Assembly (NCBI GenBank): GCA_902826565.1
Contig: CADEFF010000003.1
Span: 42,588-106,587, forward strand
DNA: 64,000 nt
From: an uncultured Rhodospirillaceae bacterium
GTDB taxonomy: Bacteria; Pseudomonadota; Alphaproteobacteria; Dongiales; Dongiaceae
Direction: 5' to 3'
The position numbers were made by a program, and so were the translations under genes. Below are positions 18,971 to 26,680 of the stretch, piece after piece (position 1 is the first letter of the stretch; each line of letters begins with the position of its first letter). Under the pieces are notes generated by a model. That model ran no database searches. It was not told the DNA's origin and saw only the letters and a list, made by a program, of their open reading frames with translations.

Positions 18971-19750
18971 ATGCCCTCCCACGATTTCAGCGGCCAGCGC
19001 GTGCTGGTCACCGGCGCCAGCCGCGGCATCGGCTATGCGATCGCCGCCGCCTTCGCCCGCGCCGGCGCCGAGCTCACAATCTTCGCCGAGGACGAAGACG
19101 TGACGGGCGCGGCCGAGCGCATCGGCGCGACAGCGGGCCGGCGGGTCACGGGAGTCCGCTGCGACATCACCGACCGCGGGCAGGTCGACAAGGCCATCGA
19201 CACGATCGATCGCCTCGATGTGCTGATCAACAATGCGGGCTTCGAGCGGATCACGCCGCTCTTCTCGGAGGATCCGGAGACGGAAACCACCTTCCGCCGC
19301 GTGATCGAGGTGAACGTGATCGGCACCTATCTGGTGACGCGCGCGGCGGTGCGGCGCATGGGAGAAGGCGGACGCATCGTCTTCACCGCGTCGGTCTGGG
19401 GCAAGACGGCGGAGGGCGGATTCTCGGCCTATTGCGCGAGCAAGCACGCGAATGTCGGCTTCATGCGCTCGGTCGCGCGCGAGCTCGGGCCGCGCGGCAT
19501 CGCGGTGAACGCCGTCTGCCCGGGCTGGACCAAGACCGAGACCTCCCTGCGCTCGCTCCGCGACGAGGCGAAGACTCTCGGCATCACCGAGGAGGCGCAG
19601 GCGCGCAAGATGCTGGCGAAGCAGGCCTTCGACGGGCTGATGGAACCGGACGACCTGACCGATGCCTATCTTTTCCTCTCGTCGCCGAAAGTCGCGCGCA
19701 ACATCACCGGCCAGACGCTGCATGTCGATCGCGGCGAGTTCATGGACTGA
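18971..19750 (+). CDS. SDR-family oxidoreductase (classical short-chain dehydrogenase)
   Basis: Track ORF 18767..19750, trimmed to the ATG at 18971 (MPSHDFSGQRVLVTGASRGIG). TGxxxGIG cofactor motif, NNAG, and catalytic YxxxK (YCASK). Confidence 0.9.
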   Translation: MPSHDFSGQRVLVTGASRGIGYAIAAAFARAGAELTIFAEDEDVTGAAERIGATAGRRVTGVRCDITDRGQVDKAIDTIDRLDVLINNAGFERITPLFSEDPETETTFRRVIEVNVIGTYLVTRAAVRRMGEGGRIVFTASVWGKTAEGGFSAYCASKHANVGFMRSVARELGPRGIAVNAVCPGWTKTETSLRSLRDEAKTLGITEEAQARKMLAKQAFDGLMEPDDLTDAYLFLSSPKVARNITGQTLHVDRGEFMD

Positions 19751-19776
19751 TCTGCCGTGCGACGGCGCCGTCCACT

Positions 19777-20550
19777 CTACCCGCGATAGCGCGTCGCCCG
19801 CAGCCCGACGAGGCTGATGCCGATCGAGAGCAGCATCAGCAGCACGGCGATCACATTGATCGTCGGATCCACGCCCTTGCGCAGCATGCCCCACATGAAG
19901 ATGGGAAGCGTGCTGCCGCCGCCGATGGTGAAGAGGGTCACCACGAAATCGTCGAGCGACAGCGCCATGGCGATGAGCGCCGCGCCGATCACGCTCGGCC
20001 GGATGATCGGCAGGGTCACATTGAAGAAAGCGCGTAGCCGCGAGGCGCCGAGATCACGCGCGCTTTCGACCGCCGCATGATCGAAGGAGGCCATGCGCGC
20101 GGCCACGATCGCCACCACGAAAGGCTGGGTGAAGACGAGATGGCTCATGATGACGGTCGGGAGCCCGAGCCGCATGCCGATCGAAGCGAAGTAGGAAAGC
20201 AGCGCCACGCCCAGCATGAGAGGCGGCAGCATGACCGGCAGAGTCACCAGCAAGGTCAGCGAAATCGACCAGGCACGCCGCAGCCGGGCGGTGGCGAGCG
20301 CGGCCATGGTTCCGGCGACCGTCGAGACGACCCCGACCGTGACGGTGATGATCAGACTGTTGCGCAGCGACGGCCAGAACTGCGGATGTTCGAAGAGCTT
20401 GCGGAACCAGTCGAGGGTGAAGCCGGCGATCGGGAAGCTCAGCAACGCGTTCCTGCTGAAGCAGAACAGCACCAGGATGAAGAGCGGCGTCAGCATGAAG
20501 AGGAGCACCAGGCCGGCAAACCCGTGCCAGAGGATGCCGCCGCGTCGCAT
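19777..20550 (-). CDS. ABC transporter permease (PotC-like)
   Basis: 257 aa, polytopic, with EAA-like loop ESARDLGASRLRAFFNVTLP. Confidence 0.85.
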   Translation of the reverse strand: MRRGGILWHGFAGLVLLFMLTPLFILVLFCFSRNALLSFPIAGFTLDWFRKLFEHPQFWPSLRNSLIITVTVGVVSTVAGTMAALATARLRRAWSISLTLLVTLPVMLPPLMLGVALLSYFASIGMRLGLPTVIMSHLVFTQPFVVAIVAARMASFDHAAVESARDLGASRLRAFFNVTLPIIRPSVIGAALIAMALSLDDFVVTLFTIGGGSTLPIFMWGMLRKGVDPTINVIAVLLMLLSIGISLVGLRATRYRG

Positions 20551-20553
20551 GGC

Positions 20554-21399
20554 TCAACGCACCCGTGTGAAGTAGCGCGTCGTCCCGGCGAAGCCGAGGA
20601 TGACGGCGAGGCTGAGGGCGATGACGGTGAAGGACATGGCGGAGCCGAGCGGCGCGTCGACGCGATGGCCGAACTGGCTCTGGATGAAGACGCCGATCAT
20701 CGAGGTGTTCGGGCCGCCGACGAGCATCGGCGTGACATAGTCCCCCGCCGCGAAGAGGAAGGTGAGGGCGAAAGCGGTGACGAGGCCGGGCCAGGCCTGG
20801 GGCAGCACCACGTCGCGAAAGCTGCGGCAGGGCCCGGCGCCGAGATCGCGCGCCGCATCGAGCGGCACCTCGTCGATGCCGCGGAGCGAGCCGAAGATCG
20901 GCAGGATCGCGATCGGCAGAGTGTAGTGGGCGAGCGTGATGACGACCGCGACCGGATTGAAGAGAAAGGCCGTGATCGGCGCATCGGTGAGGCCGGTCAG
21001 CATCAGCGCCGAGTTGAGGATGCCTTCGGCGCCGAGGATGGTTTTCCAGGTATAGATCTTGGTGAGGTAGCCGCCGAAGAGGGTAAGCAGCGCCAGAAAC
21101 AGCAGCGGCATGCCGTAGCGGCCGGCGCGGAAGCGGCAATAGAAGGCGAAGCCGAACGCGATCAGCGTGACGGCCAGCGCGATCGCGAGCGCCACGGCGA
21201 AGGTGTAGAGCAGCGGCACCCAGTAGCCGGTGAAGACCTCGACATACTGGTCGAGGGTGGCGTCCGCCTGCAGCTTGTAGCTGCGCACACGCCAGAAACT
21301 GACCACGAAGAAGTAGGAGACCGGCAGCAGGAAGAAGGCGACGAGGATGAGGCCGCTCGGAAGCAGCATCAGGTTGGCGAGCGATCGCGCGTCGCGCAT
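20554..21399 (-). CDS. ABC transporter permease (PotB-like)
   Basis: 281 aa, polytopic, with EAA-like loop DAARDLGAGPCRSFRDVVLP. Confidence 0.85.
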   Translation of the reverse strand: MRDARSLANLMLLPSGLILVAFFLLPVSYFFVVSFWRVRSYKLQADATLDQYVEVFTGYWVPLLYTFAVALAIALAVTLIAFGFAFYCRFRAGRYGMPLLFLALLTLFGGYLTKIYTWKTILGAEGILNSALMLTGLTDAPITAFLFNPVAVVITLAHYTLPIAILPIFGSLRGIDEVPLDAARDLGAGPCRSFRDVVLPQAWPGLVTAFALTFLFAAGDYVTPMLVGGPNTSMIGVFIQSQFGHRVDAPLGSAMSFTVIALSLAVILGFAGTTRYFTRVR

Positions 21400-21403
21400 T
21401 CCC

Positions 21404-22525
21404 TCATGCCTCCGCGATCACCCGATGGCTGCGCTGCGGCCAATGCACCGTGACCGGCACGCCGACCTCGAGTCGCCGCCTGAGTTCGCTGTCGGAATCG
21501 GTGACATGGAGAAGCGTCCCGCCCTCGATCGCGATCGCATAGCGCGTGACCGCGCCCAGGAAGACGATGTCCCGAACCTGGCCTCTGAGCGCGAGGCTGT
21601 CGATGCCGACGACAGGCGACTCGCCGGTCGCGACACGGGCCGCCTCGGGCCGCAGCATCAGGGTGATCGGTCCGTCCGGCCCGGGATCCGGAAAGCAGAG
21701 GCTGCCATTGACCCGCACGAGCCCCCGCTCCCGCCGGCCCGGCAGCATGTTCGCCTCGCCGATGAAACCCGAGACGAAGCGGGTTTTCGGCTCGGCATAG
21801 ATTTCCTCCGGCGTTCCGTCCTGGACGATGCAGCCCCGCTCCATCACCACGATGCGACTGGCGAGGCCCATCGCCTCCTCCTGGTCATGGGTGACGAAGA
21901 TGAAGGTGCCGCCGATCGAGCGGTGGATGCGGCGAAGCTCCTCTTGCATCGCTTTTCTGAGCTTGAGGTCGAGCGCCGCAAGGGGCTCGTCGAGCAGCAG
22001 CACCTTCGGCCGCATCACCAGCGCGCGCGCCACCGCCACGCGCTGCTGCTGCCCGCCGGAAAGCGCCGTCACCGGTCGCGCGTCGAAACCTTCGAGCGCC
22101 CCCAGACGCAAGGCTTCGGCGACACGCTCGGCGACTTCCCCGGCCGGCCGCTTTTGCAGCCGGAGCCCATAGGCGACGTTCTGCGCCACGGTCATGTGCG
22201 GGAAGAGACCGTAGCCCTGGAACACCATGTTGGTCGGCCGCCGCTCCGGTCCGAGCCGGGTCACGTCGGCGCCGCCGATGCGGATGGTGCCGGTGCTGGG
22301 CGCGAGGAACCCCCCGATCATCTTGAGGAGCGTGGTCTTGCCGCAGCCCGACGGACCGAGGATCGCCAGAAACTCGCCATGACCGACGGCGAGATCGAGC
22401 GGCTCGACCGCGGTCATGGCACCATAGCTCTTGCCGACGCCGGCAAGCAGGACGAGCGGCGATGCCGCGCGAACCGCCGCCGTCCTCCCCGCGCGCGGCG
22501 CGCCCATCTCGATCCGGCTCCCCAT
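21404..22525 (-). CDS. ABC transporter ATP-binding protein (PotA-like)
   Basis: Walker A GPSGCGKTT, signature LSGGQQQRVAVARAL, Walker B LLLDEP. Confidence 0.9.
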   Translation of the reverse strand: MGSRIEMGAPRAGRTAAVRAASPLVLLAGVGKSYGAMTAVEPLDLAVGHGEFLAILGPSGCGKTTLLKMIGGFLAPSTGTIRIGGADVTRLGPERRPTNMVFQGYGLFPHMTVAQNVAYGLRLQKRPAGEVAERVAEALRLGALEGFDARPVTALSGGQQQRVAVARALVMRPKVLLLDEPLAALDLKLRKAMQEELRRIHRSIGGTFIFVTHDQEEAMGLASRIVVMERGCIVQDGTPEEIYAEPKTRFVSGFIGEANMLPGRRERGLVRVNGSLCFPDPGPDGPITLMLRPEAARVATGESPVVGIDSLALRGQVRDIVFLGAVTRYAIAIEGGTLLHVTDSDSELRRRLEVGVPVTVHWPQRSHRVIAEA

Positions 22526-22535
22526 CGGCCGGCTC

Positions 22536-23717
22536 CTAAGCCTTCAGGAACCGCTCCCATCCGTTCAACATATCGTCCATCGAGACGATGTCGCCCTCGC
22601 GCTCCATCGGCCAGAGCGGGAAAGGGCCGCCGCCGGTCTTGGAGAAGAAGCCCGGGATGTCGTCATAGGGGTAGATGCCGCGTGCGCGCTCGGTCAGCAG
22701 CGGCACCGCGCTCGCGACCGTGACGCCGGTGTTGTTGATGTTGGCGACATGGGCCTGCGCTTCCGCGGTCAGGCCGTGATTGAGCAGGATGTAGCTCGCA
22801 TCGACGTCCGGCGCGTCCGTCACCAGCGCGAGGCAGTCGCAGAGCGTGTGGGTCCCTTCCTTCGGCACCACCCAGTCGAGCTTGGCGCCCTTGTCGAGCG
22901 CCCAGATCGCGACCGGCTCCCAGGCCTGGGCAATCGCCACTTCGCCGCTCGCGAAGAGGTCCGCAAGCTCGCCATAGCCCGACGCGATGGTGCGGGCGTG
23001 ATTCTTCTTGATCTCGATCAGCAGATCGATCGTCGCGTCGAGCTCGGGCTGGGTGATGCGCGTCGGGGTCTTCGTGCCGGTCGCCGCCATGGCGAAGGGG
23101 ATCATGACGCTGATCACGTCGTTTGTGAGGGCGACCTTGCCCTTGTATTCGGGCTTCAGCAGATCGAGCCAGGAGGTCGGCGTCTCGGTGACGACCGCAG
23201 GATTGTACATGAGCGGGATCGAGCCCCAGACATAGGGCAGCGAATATTGCGTGCCGTCCAGGCTGGTGCCGTTGATCGTCTGGAACTCGGGAAAGAGGTT
23301 CGAGAAATTCGGCACGCGCGACATGTCGAGCGGCTCCAGCATCCCGATGCCGGCCATCATCGGCGTATAGGACGTGTCCGGCGTGATGATGTCCATGTTG
23401 CCCATTCCGCCGCCCGTGGCGGTCGCGATGAGCTGGTTGTTGTCGTTCATGTAGGTCGGATTGATGCTGATGTCGTTCTTCGCGAGGACGTCGCCCGTCG
23501 CGAGCCCTTCCTCGTACCCCTGCCAGCCCATGAACTTGACCTCGGCCGCCGCCCGGGCGCTCCGTCCTCCGAGCAGCGACGTCGCGACCCCGGCCGCGAG
23601 CGCACCTTTCGTGAACTGGCGGCGCGTGATGCCGCCGCTGCCGCGCAGCCGGACGATGCCGCTGCGGCCGAGTTTCACGATGCCGTGACGCTGCATTCTT
23701 TCGATCATCCGGTTCAT
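22536..23717 (-). CDS. ABC transporter substrate-binding protein with Tat-type signal peptide
   Basis: Track ORF 22536..23942, trimmed to the ATG at 23717 (MNRMIERM), preceded by GGGAGG. Twin-arginine signal TRRQFTKGALAAGVA...ARAAA. Confidence 0.8.
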   Translation of the reverse strand: MNRMIERMQRHGIVKLGRSGIVRLRGSGGITRRQFTKGALAAGVATSLLGGRSARAAAEVKFMGWQGYEEGLATGDVLAKNDISINPTYMNDNNQLIATATGGGMGNMDIITPDTSYTPMMAGIGMLEPLDMSRVPNFSNLFPEFQTINGTSLDGTQYSLPYVWGSIPLMYNPAVVTETPTSWLDLLKPEYKGKVALTNDVISVMIPFAMAATGTKTPTRITQPELDATIDLLIEIKKNHARTIASGYGELADLFASGEVAIAQAWEPVAIWALDKGAKLDWVVPKEGTHTLCDCLALVTDAPDVDASYILLNHGLTAEAQAHVANINNTGVTVASAVPLLTERARGIYPYDDIPGFFSKTGGGPFPLWPMEREGDIVSMDDMLNGWERFLKA

Positions 23718-23745
23718 TTGCGCCTCCCAGGGCTCTGTTTGCGGC

Positions 23746-24657
23746 TCATTCGCCGGAGGAACCGTCCGCGGCCGCGGCGCGGACGGATCCCGTTTCGTCG
23801 ATTGCGGGTTCTTCGAGCAGCCGTCGCCAGTCGGATTGCGGGGCGAAGCCCAGCACCGTGCGCGCATGGGCGATGTCCCACATGCTGGCGAAAGGATTGC
23901 TGCGATAGATCTCCGGCTTGCGGATTTCGGGCAGCGAGCCATAGACGCGCGTCAGGAACTCCAGCGTCGGCTCGGGCGCGAAGGTGTCCGCCGCGCTCAG
24001 GTAGAAGGCATCGAAGCCCGGGCGGTCGAGCAGCAGGGATTTCCGGACGCCCTGCACGACGTCCTTGGCCTCGACATAGGACCAGAGGTCGGGATCGTCG
24101 ATCCCCCGCACCCGACGCACATAATCCTGCATCCAGGGCATGACGATGAGGGTCGGCCGCAGGACGACCACCTCCATGCCGCGCCGCGCATAGCTGCGGC
24201 CCAGCGTCTCGAGGACCTGCTTGCTGAGCCCGTAGGCCTCGATCGAGGCGAGCGGATGGTTTTCGTCGATCGGCAGATAATCGGGCCGCATGCGGGGCAC
24301 GCGCCGCACCGTGATGACGCCGGTCGTGGTCTCGCTCGAGAGCAGCACGACCCGCCGGATGCCAAGGCGATGCGCCGCCTCCAGCAGGTTCCAGGTGCCC
24401 TGGACATTGACGCTGAAGATGCGCTCCTCGGAATGTTCGAGCGTCAGGAGCGCCGCCAGATGGACGGCCGCATCATGCCCCTTGAGGGCATCCAGCACCG
24501 CTTCGAAGCTCAGGATGTCGAGATAGCGCGAACGTATGCTGCGCGGGCCCGGCCGGAGATCGAGCGCCGTCACCTCGGCATGGCGCATCAGGTCGCCGAC
24601 CACGAGCTTGCCGAGCGCGCCATTGCCCCCCGTCACCGCGACGTTGCCGAAGCGCAT
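23746..24657 (-). CDS. NAD-dependent epimerase/dehydratase (extended SDR)
   Basis: 303 aa. N-terminal Rossmann motif VAVTGGNGALG, and YGLSK (YxxxK) in the catalytic region. Confidence 0.8.
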   Translation of the reverse strand: MRFGNVAVTGGNGALGKLVVGDLMRHAEVTALDLRPGPRSIRSRYLDILSFEAVLDALKGHDAAVHLAALLTLEHSEERIFSVNVQGTWNLLEAAHRLGIRRVVLLSSETTTGVITVRRVPRMRPDYLPIDENHPLASIEAYGLSKQVLETLGRSYARRGMEVVVLRPTLIVMPWMQDYVRRVRGIDDPDLWSYVEAKDVVQGVRKSLLLDRPGFDAFYLSAADTFAPEPTLEFLTRVYGSLPEIRKPEIYRSNPFASMWDIAHARTVLGFAPQSDWRRLLEEPAIDETGSVRAAAADGSSGE

Positions 24658-24832
24658 CAGCGCGGCTTCCGCACCGGCTCCGCGCCGCAGGGCAGGCGGA
24701 TCGGTTTCAAAGGAGAAGGGCTCATTGGCATCGCAATCCGGGCTGTGACCGTATGGGGTCCGGTCACGGTCGCGGATGTCGGGTTTCCCGCAAAGCCGAG
24801 GAATCGCAATTCAGAACATTGACGCGATCAAT

Positions 24833-25342
24833 TCACTCGGGGGTCCGGGCGGCTGGCTCGGGTCGGGGTTGTTCGCCGGCGACCGCCGGCGCGCCGAGGG
24901 CGGCAAGCCAGCGGCGCGCCCAGTCGAGCGCCCGCGCATCCTGCCCCTCATCGCCGAGCGCGTCGATCAGGAAGAGCTCCGAGACTTCCCGCGCGCCGAG
25001 CTTCAGCAGCAGGGCGCGCCAGCGACGGCCGCCGAAGCCGTAAGTCCGGATGTAGCTGCTGTCGCCGAGCCCGATCACGCCGAAGCGGGTCCCGGTCATG
25101 GAAGGTTGCGCCCGCAGCAGCTCGGCGAAGAGGCGCTGGCCCATCTCCGGAAGGTCGCCGGCGCCGAAGGTGCTGCTGACCATCAGCAGATTGCGCGCGG
25201 CGGCGAATTCCACCATGGCGAGGGTCTCGGTCGAGCGGACGCGAAAGCGCGCTTCGGACGCCAGGGCGTTTGCGACCGCCTCTGCGATCCGCTGCGCCTT
25301 GCCGGTCATGCTGGCAAAGAAAAGATCGATCTCGAGGGCCAC
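24833..25342 (-). CDS. Flavodoxin-like domain protein
   Basis: 169 aa. N-terminal FMN-phosphate loop IDLFFASMTGKAQRIAE and VIGLGDSSY, typical of flavodoxin_1 domains. Confidence 0.7.
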   Translation of the reverse strand: MALEIDLFFASMTGKAQRIAEAVANALASEARFRVRSTETLAMVEFAAARNLLMVSSTFGAGDLPEMGQRLFAELLRAQPSMTGTRFGVIGLGDSSYIRTYGFGGRRWRALLLKLGAREVSELFLIDALGDEGQDARALDWARRWLAALGAPAVAGEQPRPEPAARTPE

Positions 25343-25458
25343 GGCCGTTCACCGCCCCTTTGACTTGCGATTGCCTGGCCCCGACGAAAGATCTGCGGAA
25401 GGAAAGGCGGCCGCGCTCCCTGCGCCGGTCGCTTCACGCCCTGGGTCGCTCAGGCGCT

Positions 25459-25608
25459 CTAGGCTGGAGTCGAGATTCCGCTCGCATTTTTCGAAGCAGC
25501 GGCGACCTGCGAGAGCCGCTCGCGCCTGATCAGGACCGGCGTCTTGTAAGGGCGGCGCCCGGTCGAGGGTGCGAGCGTAAGGTTGCGGGAGGGATCAATC
25601 TCGATCAT
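25459..25608 (-). CDS. RiPP precursor-like peptide P1 (49 aa), variant copy with Ala at -2
   Basis: Own translation: MIEIDPSRNLTLAPSTGRRPYKTPVLIRRERLSQVAA|ASKNASGISTPA. GGAG lies 5 nt upstream of the ATG. It shares the Y-x2-P-x-L-x2-[KR]RERLS block with three neighbours. The track ORF 25459..25653 is a 5'-extended form. Confidence 0.65.
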   Translation of the reverse strand: MIEIDPSRNLTLAPSTGRRPYKTPVLIRRERLSQVAAASKNASGISTPA

Positions 25609-25678
25609 GACAGCTCCAGAGCTGAGGGTCTGCGGAGATGCTTCCGCCGGCACTTGCCTTACTTTGCGGAAACCGGAA

Positions 25679-25855
25679 TCAGATCGGATTCTGTCCGTCG
25701 GCCGAAACGCCGCTCGGGCCCTGCGACGTGGCTGTCACCTGCGAGAGCCTTTCGCGGCGGCTCAGCGTCGGCGCCTTGTAGGCGCGTCGCGTGGAGGCGG
25801 CAGGCCCGTTGCCCTTGTCGGTATCATTGCGCCGGGGTGACGTCTCTTCGCTCAT
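25679..25855 (-). CDS. RiPP precursor-like peptide P2 (58 aa)
   Basis: Not in the track (under 60 aa). Own translation: MSEETSPRRNDTDKGNGPAASTRRAYKAPTLSRRERLSQVTA|TSQGPSGVSADGQNPI. GGGAG lies 6 nt upstream of the ATG. Y(-17), P(-14), L(-12), T(-2) spacing. Confidence 0.75.
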   Translation of the reverse strand: MSEETSPRRNDTDKGNGPAASTRRAYKAPTLSRRERLSQVTATSQGPSGVSADGQNPI

Positions 25856-25923
25856 CGCAAGCTCCCTATCCGCACCGCGCCATCAGGTTCGCGGAGATAT
25901 CCTCTGAAGATTCTGACCTCGGG

Positions 25924-26103
25924 TTATCCCGGCGCGCTGTCGGTCGAAACCCCGCTCGCATTCTTGGAAGAGGCGGTCACCTCGGAAAGTCGTTCGCGCT
26001 TCACCAGGATGGGCGCAGCATATGACCGGCTCTTGCCGCTTAAAACCGGCGCTGCATCGGTGCCGAGCTCGCGCCGGCCGCCGTTCCTGTCATTCCGCAC
26101 CAT
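25924..26103 (-). CDS. RiPP precursor-like peptide P3 (59 aa)
   Basis: Not in the track. Verified codon by codon: MVRNDRNGGRRELGTDAAPVLSGKSRSYAAPILVKRERLSEVTA|SSKNASGVSTDSAPG. A purine-rich GGGGAA lies upstream of the ATG. Same leader spacing as P2. Confidence 0.75.
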   Translation of the reverse strand: MVRNDRNGGRRELGTDAAPVLSGKSRSYAAPILVKRERLSEVTASSKNASGVSTDSAPG

Positions 26104-26139
26104 TGTGGTTCCCCAATCTTCCCGGTTGCCCGGTCGCTC

Positions 26140-26301
26140 TTACGTGATCGCCACGCCGCTGGCAGCCTTCGAATCTTCGGCGGTAATCGCCGAAAGCCGC
26201 TCGCGCTTCGTGATGGACGGTGCCCGATAGGGCCGCCGCGCACCGGTCCTTGCGGATGCTACGCCTGTCTCGGACCGTTCGGAATTCTCCGGCTTTCTCA
26301 T
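26140..26301 (-). CDS. RiPP precursor-like peptide P4 (53 aa)
   Basis: C-terminal part of track ORF 26140..26562. The internal ATG at 26301 is preceded by GAGGGGAA. Sequence: MRKPENSERSETGVASARTGARRPYRAPSITKRERLSAITA|EDSKAASGVAIT. Same leader spacing, with Ile at -12. Confidence 0.7.
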   Translation of the reverse strand: MRKPENSERSETGVASARTGARRPYRAPSITKRERLSAITAEDSKAASGVAIT

Positions 26302-26680
26302 CGATTTCCCCTCGTAGTTCGGACCACCGCGCCATGCGCGACGGCGCCCTGCGCTCGATCTCTTCGGGTCTGGTATCCCCCCGCATCCTGCCCGCCGGAT
26401 TGTCGAAACCGCCACACCGCGCCCAAGCGCGCCGAGCCCGGTTCCGCATCCCGGACGGAGATGAAACCTAACATCCCTGCGAAGGCCATGGCCAGACCGC
26501 ATTTCCCGGTTGGGCCGACGATTCGGCTGGCATCGGGTCGACATTATCGACATGGAATCCAAGGGTTCCGGCGGCGCGGACTATCAATGATTGCCGGGCT
26601 GCGGCAGAGTGGGCCCCTATCGTGCCACGGCCCCCCGAGAGTCCGGCCGAACCTGTTCCCCCACCGTCCGATTGCCTGCC
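26302..26680. promoter_or_regulatory. Divergent intergenic region between the precursor array and the maturation operon (presumed bidirectional promoter region)
   Basis: 379 nt with no convincing ORF, flanked by divergently oriented starts at 26301 (-) and 26681 (+). No specific promoter boxes were identified. Confidence 0.4.

Noticed and set aside
24745-24767. Hairpin GTGACCG-N9-CGGTCAC downstream of the flavodoxin gene as an intrinsic terminator
   Set aside because: The stem is short (7 bp) and there is no U-tract on the minus-strand transcript, so it is not convincing as a Rho-independent terminator. The small hairpin CTCCTA-N7-TAGGAG at about 9757..9775 was rejected for the same reason.
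25609-25653. Longer start for precursor P1 (track ORF start at 25653)
   Set aside because: The ATG at 25608 has a GGAG at the proper distance and gives a leader length comparable to the paralogs. The longer form cannot be excluded, but nothing supports it.
25459-26301. Possibility that the four-fold repetition is a CRISPR-like or other non-coding repeat array
   Set aside because: The units are about 220 nt apart and conserved at the protein level rather than as exact DNA repeats. Each unit has its own RBS, start and stop. They are paralogous coding units, not a direct-repeat/spacer architecture.
26302-26562. Upstream 87 codons of track ORF 26140..26562 (the 140-aa version of precursor P4)
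   Set aside because: The N-terminal part has no similarity to the other three peptides and reads like GC-rich noise. The internal ATG at 26301 has a good RBS and gives a peptide colinear with P1-P3.
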